IMG/VR virus record: IMGVR_UViG_3300046804_004458
Coordinates: 1-64,000 of that record
DNA from: a virus
Direction: 5' to 3' (one strand)
DNA: 64,000 nt
The notes below the pieces were generated by a model. That model had not been told where the DNA came from. It ran no database searches and saw only the letters and a program-made list of their open reading frames with translations. Within the stretch, counting starts at the first letter, position 1. Each line of letters begins with the position of its first letter. This document shows, piece after piece, positions 27,269 to 39,100 of the stretch. The position numbers and the translations under genes were made by a program.

Positions 27269-30200
27269 CATAAAAGCTATTAGTTGTTATAAGAGATTGT
27301 ATTCTGTTATATTCTTTTAGTATAGGAAATACATCTCTTGCCTGTTTTGTCAGGTGTGATTGTCCCTCATATGGCCCTCTCTGATAGTATCTATGCTCGT
27401 CATCAAGGAATGGGTATTGGTAACTTGCCTGTAAAAGTTCTGCAAATTCTTTTATACTACCTGCACCTGCTATGGGGTTTTTAAACAGTTTATATGCCTC
27501 TACTACACCTATAGGAGGCACAAATAAACCAAACTCTGCAATAGACCTATCATTTTGTGTTTGAAGCCAGTGTATCCATCTTTTAAGGTTGGGGTCATCT
27601 GCCGGTATTCCATCTGCAAGAGACTTTATAATATGAGCAGTTACAAATAATGTTGCTAAAATTATTGCATCTCCCAAGTCTTTTTTCATGTTATTCTTTT
27701 GATGTGGGGTAAGTCTACTCCAAGCATCTCCAGATGTAAGATCTGCAAGACTATGCATTTTGGTTATAAAGCCCCACAAAGTTCTATACCTGCCTTCTAT
27801 GTCCATTCCTCCACCAAGATTTTCATCATACTTACCTGCTTGGAATCTTTGTTTAAAGTTAGGCCATACCCATTTATGGAACTGCATTATTAACTGGCCC
27901 CACCATTCCCTTTCAAACATTGTTTTGTTAATAGGACTGTAGTTACCATGTATACGGTCTATAGTTTCTCTAATACGATTTGTGATAGCATGTTTTTCTT
28001 TATCGGTTAACTCAAATCCATCTTTAAGTTTTCCATGCCCTGTTTTCTCATCAAATTCATAGGCATCATAAAGCATTACTTCTTCACCTGTTTTTGAGTT
28101 TTTTACAGGTATAGATGCAAGGATAGCATTTGCTACTTTTGATTGCATCATGTACTCACCTGCTTCCATACCTGAGTAGCCACCAGCTTTTGCTAACCAG
28201 TTAACCTGCCCTCTTACAGCAGCTTCATAATGTTCTATGGCATGAAAATGGTCACAAAGCCACTCGTACTTAGAACCTGCTTTTTTGTGCTCATAAGTAG
28301 ATCCTTTTACTTTATGTTCCATCGTTGCCCTCATATATCCTGTCATGGCTTTTGGAAACTCTACAGCAGTCATTCTTCTCATAGCAGAGGCCTGGAAGAA
28401 ATCACTACCTAAACTATCCAAGAAGTTATTTACAGAACCTGTAATAGCATTATTTACCCACCCAAATACGTTAAAGGATACTCCAAGTGCAGATGTTGCT
28501 CCCATTAATTTTTTAACTACAGCATCTGCAGTACTTCTGTTCATAAGAGGATCATGATAAAAGCACATATCTAGCCAAGCATTAAACCTTTTATAGGCAT
28601 TTGATTTTATACCAGCAACTTTTTCCCTTCCTACTACTACACCAAACTTTCTTACCTCTTGGTCAAACTCCATATTTAATAACTGGCTATTTACTGCTTG
28701 TAGATCATCTTCTATATCAGATTTAGCTTGAAACTGAGTAGCTGCTTTAAGCATCTCAGTAAGACCTATAGAAAGATCAGGATGAAGGTCAGTAGCTTTC
28801 ATCTTATTTTTTTCCTTTTTAAGAAGGTTATTTAATCTATCTTTTTCTACGGCATAGTCATGTTCTGATATAGAAGACTTTTTCTTTTCAAGTTCTTCCA
28901 GTGCACTATTTATTTTGTTTATCTGCAGTTGTGACTGTAGTGGGGTTACATACAACAATGGAATAGTTTGTTTTACAGATCCTGCATTTGCAGAAACATC
29001 TTTATCCATTGCTACAGGTGTCTCAAACTGAGCCTTTACAGCATTTGCTATAAGTACTCCTAAGTTTATGTTTCCATCTGCTAATTTTTGCACCCAGTTT
29101 GCACCAAGTGTAGGAATAGCACCTCTTTTAAATATCTCAGCAGCATTGGTAGGTAACATATCTTGAATCTTACCCATTGTATCCACATACATCATGTAAA
29201 ACTCTTTTTGAGCTCTACCTAATTCTGTAGTAGGATTCATTAATTTATAATAGTTTTCATCTGCTATTACTTCACCTGTAGACTTAACAGTGTTTCTTAC
29301 TTCTACATATTCTCTTTTAGGGAACCATGCACTATATTTTTCTGTTACTTTACCTGTAGGTTTACCATCCTTACCTACTTCAGCACTCATATAGTGAGGC
29401 ACCTCTCTAAAATACTTTCTTTTAAAAGCTATAATTTCAGCTTCCTCCTCAGGTGTAGCTCCTCTGTAAAACTCCCATCTGTATGATGCCCCAACTTTTT
29501 TCCAGGTCTTATTTACTCTTTTAAGAGCACCACCATACTCTTCTTTATACATGTACTTTTCACGTTTAGCTAAAAACTCATCTGAGTATTTGTGATATTC
29601 ACCAGAAGAAACATTTCCTTCTTCATCAAACTCTTCAGCACTTTCAAACTTTCTTTGTGCTTCTTTTTTATAATAAAGCATAATATTATGCTCTATATCT
29701 TCCTTACTTGCTGTTTTTACATCAGGTACCTCTTTGTATGTAAGAACATTGCCTTGAAGATCTGTTAATTCACTATACACTTTATCCTGCATCTCCCTAT
29801 ATGTTCTTCCTATTTGAGAAATGATCTGGCCCATTTTTTTACCATTTCTATCCTTTCTCATCATAAAGTCATACATGTTTGCAGTAATCTTACCACCATT
29901 AGCAGCTCTTAACTTTTCTGCTACAGGTAGTACTAACTCATTTATCATTTGTTCAGCAAGTTCTTTTGCTGCCAGGTATCTTGCCTTTACTCTTTTGTCT
30001 GCATTCTCAAGAATAACAACACCACTATTACCAAGTGTACCAAAGTTCAGCTCATTATTACTTATGTCTTTATCTTCTTTTACCCAGTTAGTGAGCATAT
30101 CAAGAGTTACATTTTTTCTGCTTGTAGTCTCTTTAATACCTTGTATATTGTATTGTTCAACAGCATATGCAACATCTTGGCTAACATCATTAAGCTTTTG

Positions 30201-33116
30201 AACTACTTTTGAAAGTGTTATTGCTTGTTTGGCATCACCAAAAACATTAAGGTTCATTATACCCTCAAATGTTTTTATAAACTTTTGTGCAAGTAATGCA
30301 GTTTTCAGATAATCTATTCTTCCTATGTTTTTAGGAAATTCTGCACCTTTATCTTTATCTGTTAAATATTTACTGATATTGGTTAATTGTTCATCCATAA
30401 ATTTTAAAAACTCACCATATGCAGCAGTTCTTGAGCCATGACTTATACTGGTAGAAAGTATTTGATATAACTTATCTACTCTGTCAACAGTTTCATCCCT
30501 TACTTTAAACTGGGCTACCTGTGTCAGTTTACCTGCAACATCTTTAACCCATCTTGTACCAGAAATATGTCTAAGGTCTTCAAGTATGTTAGAGAACTTA
30601 TCTATACCTTCATTTATCTCAGCAAGTTTATGGTCTAATAATTCTTCTATATTAGGAGGTACTATATTTTCTGCAGGTTTTTGTAACTCAGCATCTTTTA
30701 TAGGATTGCCTACTTTAAACTCATCATTTATTTCTTTTAACCGGTCTTTGTTACTAAGTGGTGTAGGTACAAGTGCTTCTATAAGAGTATAATTATCAGA
30801 TGGTCTACGTGTATGCTCCCCATCATCTTCTGCTCCAATGATTTCTGTTACCTTATTACCCTGTGCATCTGTAATAGTTTTACGTTTAAGATAAACATGT
30901 TTAGTAGCAAGTCCGTCATTTGGGTCTACAAACCACCCTTGCAATTTAAGCATCTTGGCATAAGACCCTATTTGTGCACCATGCTGTTGTGTTTTAGTTA
31001 TTGCAGTTATGGGTTTTTGGGAATTAACAGTATTTTGTAATATTCTACTTGTAGCCTTAAGACCATATGGTGCCCTGTATGATGCAATTCCTCTTTTATT
31101 CCAAGAAGATTTAATGTCTACTACTTTCATGTTACCATAAGGATCTATAACAAGAAGGTCTATTGCACCTGCTACCAATGACTGGTCATCTGCTACAATT
31201 ACCTGTGGTAATACTATTGAACCATCTGCAGTAAGTGCACCGTAATATTGAAGTAAGATTGAGTATACATCTGCTTTTACATCTTCAGATAGTGTTTTAG
31301 TTTCTATATCTTTATACTTTTTGCCCAGACAAATATCTTGCATTATCTGGTCTACATCATTGCCCCAGTCCCTGTTTGCTTCAAACTCGTCCTTAAGATC
31401 CTCTGGAAAATCAACACCTATAGCAGTTGTTAGTGATGTATATGTTGTTTTACCATCACTACTTTTATAAACGTGAGTTTTTTTATCAAGAGTATATCTT
31501 TTATGTGGTTTAAAATATACTTCTTCAATTATCTTAGCTTGCATAGGAGTTGCTTTTTTAAAAGCATTCCTTGCTATTTCTTCCTCATCTTCATCTAACT
31601 GATAGTAAATACCTTTACCACCTAAAGAAGGTTGTAATTTGCTTATATTAGCATCTAGTATTGATTTAGCTATTTCCTGGTAGGGAGTAAGTTCTTCTTT
31701 ACCTTTAAACAACTGTTTAATAAAATCCCATAACCTTTGCCATAGAGACTTTGCCTTTTTATCTTCAAACATTCCAACTACAGCATCTGCTACAAGTTTA
31801 CCTGCAGCTTCTCTTGCTATTTTATCTTCATCAATAGAACCATCTTCTTTTTTATACTCATCAAGTTTGCCATATTGTTTCATGGTCTCCTGATAAACAT
31901 CTCTTTCTTTTACATCTTTGAGTAGGTCTCTAAGCAAAGTAGAGTTAGCCGGTAGCATATCTATAAACAGGTGTGCAGCTTCTTCTGATAATGTTTCTAT
32001 GCCTGCTTTGCCGTTGGCAACCCTGATAATTTTATTAAGGGTATCTGTCATTGCAGCAGCACTAATACCTTTAGAAGTCATTATTTCCTGTACTTTTTCT
32101 ACAGATATACCTAGTTTATTTAAGAAGTTTGTAACCTGTTCATCCAACTTTGTATCTACCTCCCTACCGGAAGATGTAAGTTGATATAGAAAAGAGCCTA
32201 GTTCTGTATCTTTCTTCCATCTCCAGGTAGTCTCACTCATCTTTTGTACAGTATACCCCTGAGATTCTTTTTCTCTCATAGCTTTACTCATTTCTGCTCT
32301 TCTTGCCATGAAGTCCTTTGCAGTAACTGTTTCTTCATTCCATCCCTTTTCCATACCATACCTCTGCCCACCTGCAGTTTCTCTGGCACCACTCCAAGTA
32401 GCTCTGTCTACAGTTATTTTTGGTTGTTGCTGCAGTATAAGCTTTGTGGTATGTACAGCCCTTGGTAAAGGGGATACAAATACTTGAGATATTGTAGTAC
32501 CTTTTAGTTGATTGCCTACTTTGTTTGCTTGTGCAGTACCTTTATCAGTAAGCATGGTATCATCTGTCCGGAGGTTACCATCTGCATTGTCATCTGTCTC
32601 TCCATGTCTGATGAAGAAGATGTCTCCATTGGCTCCTTTTACTTTCTCCATTTCACCTGGTTTTGTACTTACATCCAGGTACATCTCAGGTGTGAGTTTT
32701 GATAGGTCCTCTGGTCTACCCATTTTATCCCATAGAAGCAAGAATTTGAGGACAGTAGAGTGAGTTACTACTGCACTGTTCCCAGGTGCAGAGTCCAGTA
32801 TCCTTTTGCCTTCTTCTATGGTCCTGGTCTTTACATCATTGAATGACTCCCCACCACCGACTTTGGCATTAGGATCAGACAATATCAACTTATCTATCAC
32901 CGGTTCAAACTGTTTTTGGTTTTTACCTGAGAAAGTACCAGTATTCCAAGCTCTAAGACTGTCAGATATCTCAACCTTACCTGGATACCACATAGACAAA
33001 GCTTTGCCAAAATCAGGTGTCTTTTCATTATTCTGTTGCCAAATAGATAATGCTTTACCTACACCAAATATGTCTTCAAGTTGTATATACTCTTTAGTTT
33101 TTACCGGACAACCCAT
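27261..33116 (-). CDS. Large polyvalent virion/ejection protein: permuted His-phosphatase, zincin-like, PD-(D/E)xK and helical C-terminal region
   Basis: Likely start MGCP at 33116. Motifs RHG, SEEAAHLF and AGAIDLL..VVDIKS. Located directly downstream of the virion RNAP, as in crAss-like phages. Confidence 0.8.
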   Translation of the reverse strand: MGCPVKTKEYIQLEDIFGVGKALSIWQQNNEKTPDFGKALSMWYPGKVEISDSLRAWNTGTFSGKNQKQFEPVIDKLILSDPNAKVGGGESFNDVKTRTIEEGKRILDSAPGNSAVVTHSTVLKFLLLWDKMGRPEDLSKLTPEMYLDVSTKPGEMEKVKGANGDIFFIRHGETDDNADGNLRTDDTMLTDKGTAQANKVGNQLKGTTISQVFVSPLPRAVHTTKLILQQQPKITVDRATWSGARETAGGQRYGMEKGWNEETVTAKDFMARRAEMSKAMREKESQGYTVQKMSETTWRWKKDTELGSFLYQLTSSGREVDTKLDEQVTNFLNKLGISVEKVQEIMTSKGISAAAMTDTLNKIIRVANGKAGIETLSEEAAHLFIDMLPANSTLLRDLLKDVKERDVYQETMKQYGKLDEYKKEDGSIDEDKIAREAAGKLVADAVVGMFEDKKAKSLWQRLWDFIKQLFKGKEELTPYQEIAKSILDANISKLQPSLGGKGIYYQLDEDEEEIARNAFKKATPMQAKIIEEVYFKPHKRYTLDKKTHVYKSSDGKTTYTSLTTAIGVDFPEDLKDEFEANRDWGNDVDQIMQDICLGKKYKDIETKTLSEDVKADVYSILLQYYGALTADGSIVLPQVIVADDQSLVAGAIDLLVIDPYGNMKVVDIKSSWNKRGIASYRAPYGLKATSRILQNTVNSQKPITAITKTQQHGAQIGSYAKMLKLQGWFVDPNDGLATKHVYLKRKTITDAQGNKVTEIIGAEDDGEHTRRPSDNYTLIEALVPTPLSNKDRLKEINDEFKVGNPIKDAELQKPAENIVPPNIEELLDHKLAEINEGIDKFSNILEDLRHISGTRWVKDVAGKLTQVAQFKVRDETVDRVDKLYQILSTSISHGSRTAAYGEFLKFMDEQLTNISKYLTDKDKGAEFPKNIGRIDYLKTALLAQKFIKTFEGIMNLNVFGDAKQAITLSKVVQKLNDVSQDVAYAVEQYNIQGIKETTSRKNVTLDMLTNWVKEDKDISNNELNFGTLGNSGVVILENADKRVKARYLAAKELAEQMINELVLPVAEKLRAANGGKITANMYDFMMRKDRNGKKMGQIISQIGRTYREMQDKVYSELTDLQGNVLTYKEVPDVKTASKEDIEHNIMLYYKKEAQRKFESAEEFDEEGNVSSGEYHKYSDEFLAKREKYMYKEEYGGALKRVNKTWKKVGASYRWEFYRGATPEEEAEIIAFKRKYFREVPHYMSAEVGKDGKPTGKVTEKYSAWFPKREYVEVRNTVKSTGEVIADENYYKLMNPTTELGRAQKEFYMMYVDTMGKIQDMLPTNAAEIFKRGAIPTLGANWVQKLADGNINLGVLIANAVKAQFETPVAMDKDVSANAGSVKQTIPLLYVTPLQSQLQINKINSALEELEKKKSSISEHDYAVEKDRLNNLLKKEKNKMKATDLHPDLSIGLTEMLKAATQFQAKSDIEDDLQAVNSQLLNMEFDQEVRKFGVVVGREKVAGIKSNAYKRFNAWLDMCFYHDPLMNRSTADAVVKKLMGATSALGVSFNVFGWVNNAITGSVNNFLDSLGSDFFQASAMRRMTAVEFPKAMTGYMRATMEHKVKGSTYEHKKAGSKYEWLCDHFHAIEHYEAAVRGQVNWLAKAGGYSGMEAGEYMMQSKVANAILASIPVKNSKTGEEVMLYDAYEFDEKTGHGKLKDGFELTDKEKHAITNRIRETIDRIHGNYSPINKTMFEREWWGQLIMQFHKWVWPNFKQRFQAGKYDENLGGGMDIEGRYRTLWGFITKMHSLADLTSGDAWSRLTPHQKNNMKKDLGDAIILATLFVTAHIIKSLADGIPADDPNLKRWIHWLQTQNDRSIAEFGLFVPPIGVVEAYKLFKNPIAGAGSIKEFAELLQASYQYPFLDDEHRYYQRGPYEGQSHLTKQARDVFPILKEYNRIQSLITTNSFYVK

Positions 33117-33133
33117 TGTAAAATTTTTTATTT

Positions 33134-36100
33134 TTATAAACACTTAATATTGTTTGTAATCTCTTCTATCTCTTTAGGAGTTTTTACATCATTATACCAA
33201 GGTGCACTGGTATAATCAATTACAGCTTGTTTAAACTCTGCTGAAGTTAATGCTTTATCTTTTTTAAGACTTTTATGTTCAAGATAGAAATTATTTAATT
33301 CATTAGCTGTAAATGCACCACCTATTAGTTCCTCTTTTCCTTGTAAAGATACAACTACTGGTTCTGTAGGTTTTACTACAGCTTTTTCTTCTATAGTCTG
33401 TACTGACTTACTAATTAATCCTGTTTTAGTAGCATTAAGCTCTGTAACTAACCCAAAATTATCCAACAATGATTTTTGTAACCATTCTGCAAACCTTTTT
33501 GGCATTGTTGCTTTATCTGTAGCAAAGCCTTGAGGAAATACAATTTTTGACTTACCTGAGTTTTTAAGATCTTGTATAAGTTTTGTATTTATTTCTACAA
33601 ACTCTTTAAAGTTTTCAGGGGTGTCAGTATAATCTACATTTTCTTTAGTATTGTAGTCGTATTTCTTTTTAGTTACAACTGCAAAAGCATTAGGTTCTGG
33701 TCTGATAATAGCAGAACCACCACCTTGTTTGTTGGGGAACGCTGTTATACTATGTGTATTTTCTGTAAATACATATGCACTATTAGGATTATTTTGAACT
33801 TCTTGTCTTGTATAGTTACCTTTAGTAATTTCTACACTGGTTTTTGTAGGTACAGGTTTTTGTATGCTAGGTATTGTAACAGGTGCTTGAGCAGGTGTAG
33901 TTTGTTGTTTAACAAGGGCTTCTAACATTTGTTGAGGAGTTACTCCTTCACGTGTAAAAGTTTGCCCTTTCTCATTTGTTATACCATACTTGCCTTTAGT
34001 TCCTATCATAAAGACAGTTAAACCAAACTGATCACGTAAGGTATCAATAGCATCTTTATCATTCATGCTATCTATATCAAGCTCAGGACCTTTAGAAGTA
34101 GAGACAAGCTTGAACTCCATTTGCTGATAGTTTGCACCTGGTTTTTTTAAGAGCTTAGTATAAAGAGATGGTGCCCAACCTTCAAGCTCACTCCATGTAT
34201 CCTTATCTATTTCCTTAATACTGTACCATGGACTTACTACCTGTACCAGTGCTTTTCTACCTGACTTATCTGCAAACTCTACATAATTACCTTCTTTAAG
34301 AGGTACATTATTGTATTTTTCAGTCATGTCTCTTGATGTAGCAGTTCTATCCCCTGAAAGAATAAGATCCATAGTAGACTTACCTTTGAACTCAGGCCTC
34401 ATTTCTCTACCACCATCACCATCCTTAAGGTTCATAGCTATTGTATAGGGGTTCCTTTTTGACCCTAATGGTGTAGTAGAATCATAACCTTCTTCTTTAC
34501 CTGTATCAACAACAGTTTCTGTTTTTGTTTTTACTTCTTTACCACCAGGTGCATCAGATGAATATGGTGGGTTAGTAATGTTTTGTTTAGGTTGCTCAAC
34601 TATTTCACCTCTAATAGGCATTTTACCAAACACACCTGAACCTCCCCATCCTTCTGAACTACCTCTAAGTTGACCCTTTACATATTGTGCTCTTTCTCCC
34701 TGTGCCATAGAATCTCCTACCTGTATAAGAGAAGATGGATTTTGCTCTCCGGCACTTTTCTCTCTGTCTACAGATTTCAATATGTAGAACTGTCCATTAA
34801 TAATCATGGAGTAAGGAAAGTTCATCTTAAACCTAGATACCTTCTTACCTTTCTTATCTGTAGTTTCTACCCATTCACCCTCAAAACCATTTAGGGCCAT
34901 GTAGAAAAGCCTGTCTTTTCTTTTCTCAGAAATAGCTTCTTCTTCCTCCTCAGTATATTCTTTACCTTTTTCTTTAAAAGGAAGTCCCTTTTTATAGTCT
35001 ACATATACTGTACCAGTTTCTTTATCTCTGTATATAGGAGAGTTTTGATTATTAATATCTGCACTGATAGAGCACTCTTTCAGGAATTTCTTATTACCTA
35101 TAAAGGTAGCATATGACTTTAAGAAACCATCTAATAGCTCTTCAGAAGTAGCACCAAATACTTTTCTATACTCCTCTTCATTCTTCTTACCTGTAGAAAG
35201 CAAGTCATTTACCTTACCTGCCTGATCAAGTAGATTTTTAAAGATACCATTGTGTATATACCTTACAAAGCTACCTGATTTGAATTGTCCACCATCTTTT
35301 ACAAGCAGGTAATGGAACAGCCCTACAGCATCTAAGTGTGTTTCCTTATTGCTATACAATGATATAAACCCATCCATAACTTTCTCCTGTTGGTATTCAG
35401 AAAGTTTTGCCCATGTATTAGCTTCTACTTTATTAAGACCTGCAGAATTCTTATCAGCATCTACACAATTAAGGAAGTAGTTAATAAAGTAGTTAGGTGT
35501 ATTTTCTTTGTCAAACTTAGCCTTCAGATTTTGTACAATATAAATAGCATCTTCATAATCTGTCTTAGCAGCAAGTGCCTCAGGGTAGATCATTGCATGG
35601 TCAAGAGAAGTAAGATATGTAGTAAGTCCTTCTTCTTTAAGATATTGCTTATATGCCATAATAGTCATATAAGACAATAGATCATTTTTTATGGTCTTAT
35701 TAAAGTTATTCTTTTCTGCAAGAGGCACATTGAAGTTACCAACAGTAACATCCATCAGTCTGTTAAACTCATCAGTTCTTTCTACAAATATTGATTTAGA
35801 TAAGTTGTCTATGTCTTTAAACACCTGTATGTACTGAGCCATAAATTTATGGTCATTGTTCATCATGTGCTTTACATCAATAGTAAGATCTTTTTCTTCT
35901 GTAGCAGAATCAAGTATACCAAACTTATCCATAGCTTTTTTGATATCATCAAACTCTTCCCATGATGTAGGCAAACCTTGTGTTATCTTTAGTATCTTAG
36001 AGAAGTCCATAAGATCAATAGACTGCTTGTCTATAACCTTTAGTATATCTAACATTTCAGACGACATAATATTATTTTTGATATTATGAAGCATCCGTTC

Positions 36101-39100
36101 TCTTGATGTTGCAGCACCTAGTAACTCTTCTGTACCTTCAGCTTTTTTAAGTCTTTTAGTTGTTTGAATATCTATATCAGCCTCAAGTTCTGCTAAAATC
36201 TTTGCTTTAGTAAGATCCTCTTCTTGTTCAGTTTTAATACTTGACTTAATATTAGCTACTCTTTTGAAATACTCTTGTACAGTTGGCTGTACAATAAATA
36301 ACATAGCTGTTTCAAAAGGTATACCCTGGGAAACCATATTAGAAAGATAACCTACTGCACCTATGCTAAGGCCATACTTACCTGAGTAAGAGTACTTAGC
36401 ATTATCAGTCATGGCATTTTCAATAGCAGAAAGTGCAGCAAATACCCTTTCTCCATTAAATTCCTTACCATCCCATGCTTTAAGGTTACCATAGTTATTA
36501 TACTGTTTACCATCAATAATTATGTGGTTTCCTTTTATAGGTACCTTAAATGTACTATTAACAGAGTAGTTGATAACAGCATTTGCAGCAGCACCAATAT
36601 TCTCTCTACCCTGAGCATTGGTATCACGTGATATCTCCTTGCCCAACATAGAGTTGGTATCTTCTTTTGTATCTTCAATCCTATCCAAGAAATCTTTAGC
36701 ATATTGACTCTCAGCATCAATAAGTTCTCTCTTTAACATCTTGCCAAAGTTATCAAGCATATCTACACTTGTTGGCTGATTTAAGATAGGATTTTCCCCA
36801 CCTGCAATTGCCTCAGAGCTTAATAAAGATTGGCTAGACTGAAGTACTTTATTGTTTATTACACCATTATTTACATTTTCACTACCTGCAGCAATAAACT
36901 CTTTTAGTGTAACAGGTAAGCCAAATTTTTTAAGACCTTCTTTTATATAAAAAGCTTTAGCTTCCAAAAGTTCTTTTTCTATAAAAATTTGAAGTTCTTC
37001 TGCTTTTTTGGCCCCTTCTGTAAATTGTTTAAGAAGATCCTTTCTACGTTGATATAATAAACCTATATCTGTAGAAATTTTCTTTTCTTCACCTTCTTTG
37101 GTTGTAAGCAGATAACTATCAAACTTCTTATTCTGAGCATCAAATAAAGCAGCTACGTTACCTGTTATTCTTTCTATTAAATGTGATTGTTGTTCTTCTG
37201 TAAATTTAAGTTCTGCAATAGTATCCTGTACTGCATCAGATAACATTTCCTTCTTTACATAAGCCTTAAGACTTTTGTTATTTTCAAGTTGCCATGCAAC
37301 ATATTCCTTAAATTTATCTTCATCTGTAATAGCAGTTCCATATGCAACTCTTTTATCACCTATTACATAAGTATCAGGTATAGAGACATATACTTTATCA
37401 AGGTCAAAGTCAGTACCACTCTTTTCCATTATTTCTTGTGGGAACATGCCTGTAGACCCCATCCATATAGGGAAGGTATCTACTCTTCTTGAGTTCGTAT
37501 AAGAGTGCTTATCATCAGAAGGTATACGTACACTAAAGCTTGATTCTACAGCACTATCATCTGCTTGCTCATAATGAGAAGCTGTAATGTACTCACTATA
37601 TGTTTCAACACGTTCACCTTTTTCATTATATACACCAACATTATCTCTAAGATCATCCAAATAGTATACAGGCTTACCTGTGGCTAATTTATCTGCAAGA
37701 CCTGTAAACTTCCTTTTAAGAATTGTACCATCTTCATCAGGTGTGTACCTAATAAGAGACTTTGTGTACTTTTCAGGGTCAGCATCAAACATTTCTGTTG
37801 TTATAACTTCCCATTCTTTAGGCTGACCTTCTTCATCTACAGATATAAGTCTTTTAACAACTTTATGGTGTGCATTTGAAGTAAGGGTCAGTGTAAGCCC
37901 TGGTATCTTTGCAGATAATGCACCATTACTAAAGTATGCAAGAAACAGTTGTGTATATTTTTGAAGGGTAGCCGGAAAGTTAAGGTTATACTGTATTTCA
38001 TCATCCTTTGTACGGAAAAACTCCAATGTCTGGCTGTCTGCACCTGTAGCAAGCAAGTTGTCATAGCAAAGATCATAGAACTCTGTTAGCTTAGGTGTTA
38101 TCTGACCTTTTTCATAAGACTTACCTATTTCATTAAATGCATCTTTTAAGTCAAAGATTGCATTTCTTTTCATCTTATAGCTGTTGGCTAATCTCTTAGC
38201 TATCAAGTCAAGATAATTATTTACAGCTTCTTTACCTGAAATTTCTTTACCATTAAGAAATACTTTACTATCAGCAGGTATCTCAGCAAATATCTGTTGA
38301 AGCTTTTGAGTAGGATCTGTCATACTGGTCTTACCTGATGGGTTCTCCAGTTGCTGCCTCATGTATCTTGCAGGTAGAGCATTAAAGTGTCTATCTTCAA
38401 TATTTTCTATTGCACTTTTACCGTTACCTTCCTTAACTACATTTTTCTGCATACCCTTTGACACACTCTGAGGATGTGCAAAAGTTATGGTTTGATTAGC
38501 TTTTTCAAACTTTTCTAGTTTGTTTCTCAAAAGATGAAGTTTTTCCTTACCAGGTCTTGCTTGCCAGTTACCATCTTTATCTTTATATGATGTATACTCT
38601 TTAGCAAGTACATGAACAGAACATTTCAGGTAGGTATTGCCATCAAAGTATACCATCTTCATAGGATTGAAAGCAGCTTTCATATCCTGTATACCACCTG
38701 CCTTAAAGAACTCTTCTTTAGTAACTTTATCTCCATTCTTAATTTTATTAAGAATATCAACCTGTACCTGTTTAAGAGTACCCATGCCAAAAAGCATATA
38801 CCTTAAACCTTTCTCAGTGCAGTACATTTGACCGTCATCTTGGTCACCTGTCTTACCTGTTCTTTTACGGAAAAGTGTATCTTGATAGGTAATATGGTGT
38901 ATTGTTTGAAGTTTATGTTCAATACCCCATTCTGGTTTAGTAACACTACTCTCTATAGAAGGACCTGCAGCATTGGCACCTGCAGCTCTTTTAACCTGGT
39001 CAACAAACAATTTAAAGCTTCTTGCCTCATCTCCATGTAACAACCTGTTTACAGCAGATGTATTCAAAAAGTCATTCATAAACACTTGAGCAATGTTGTG

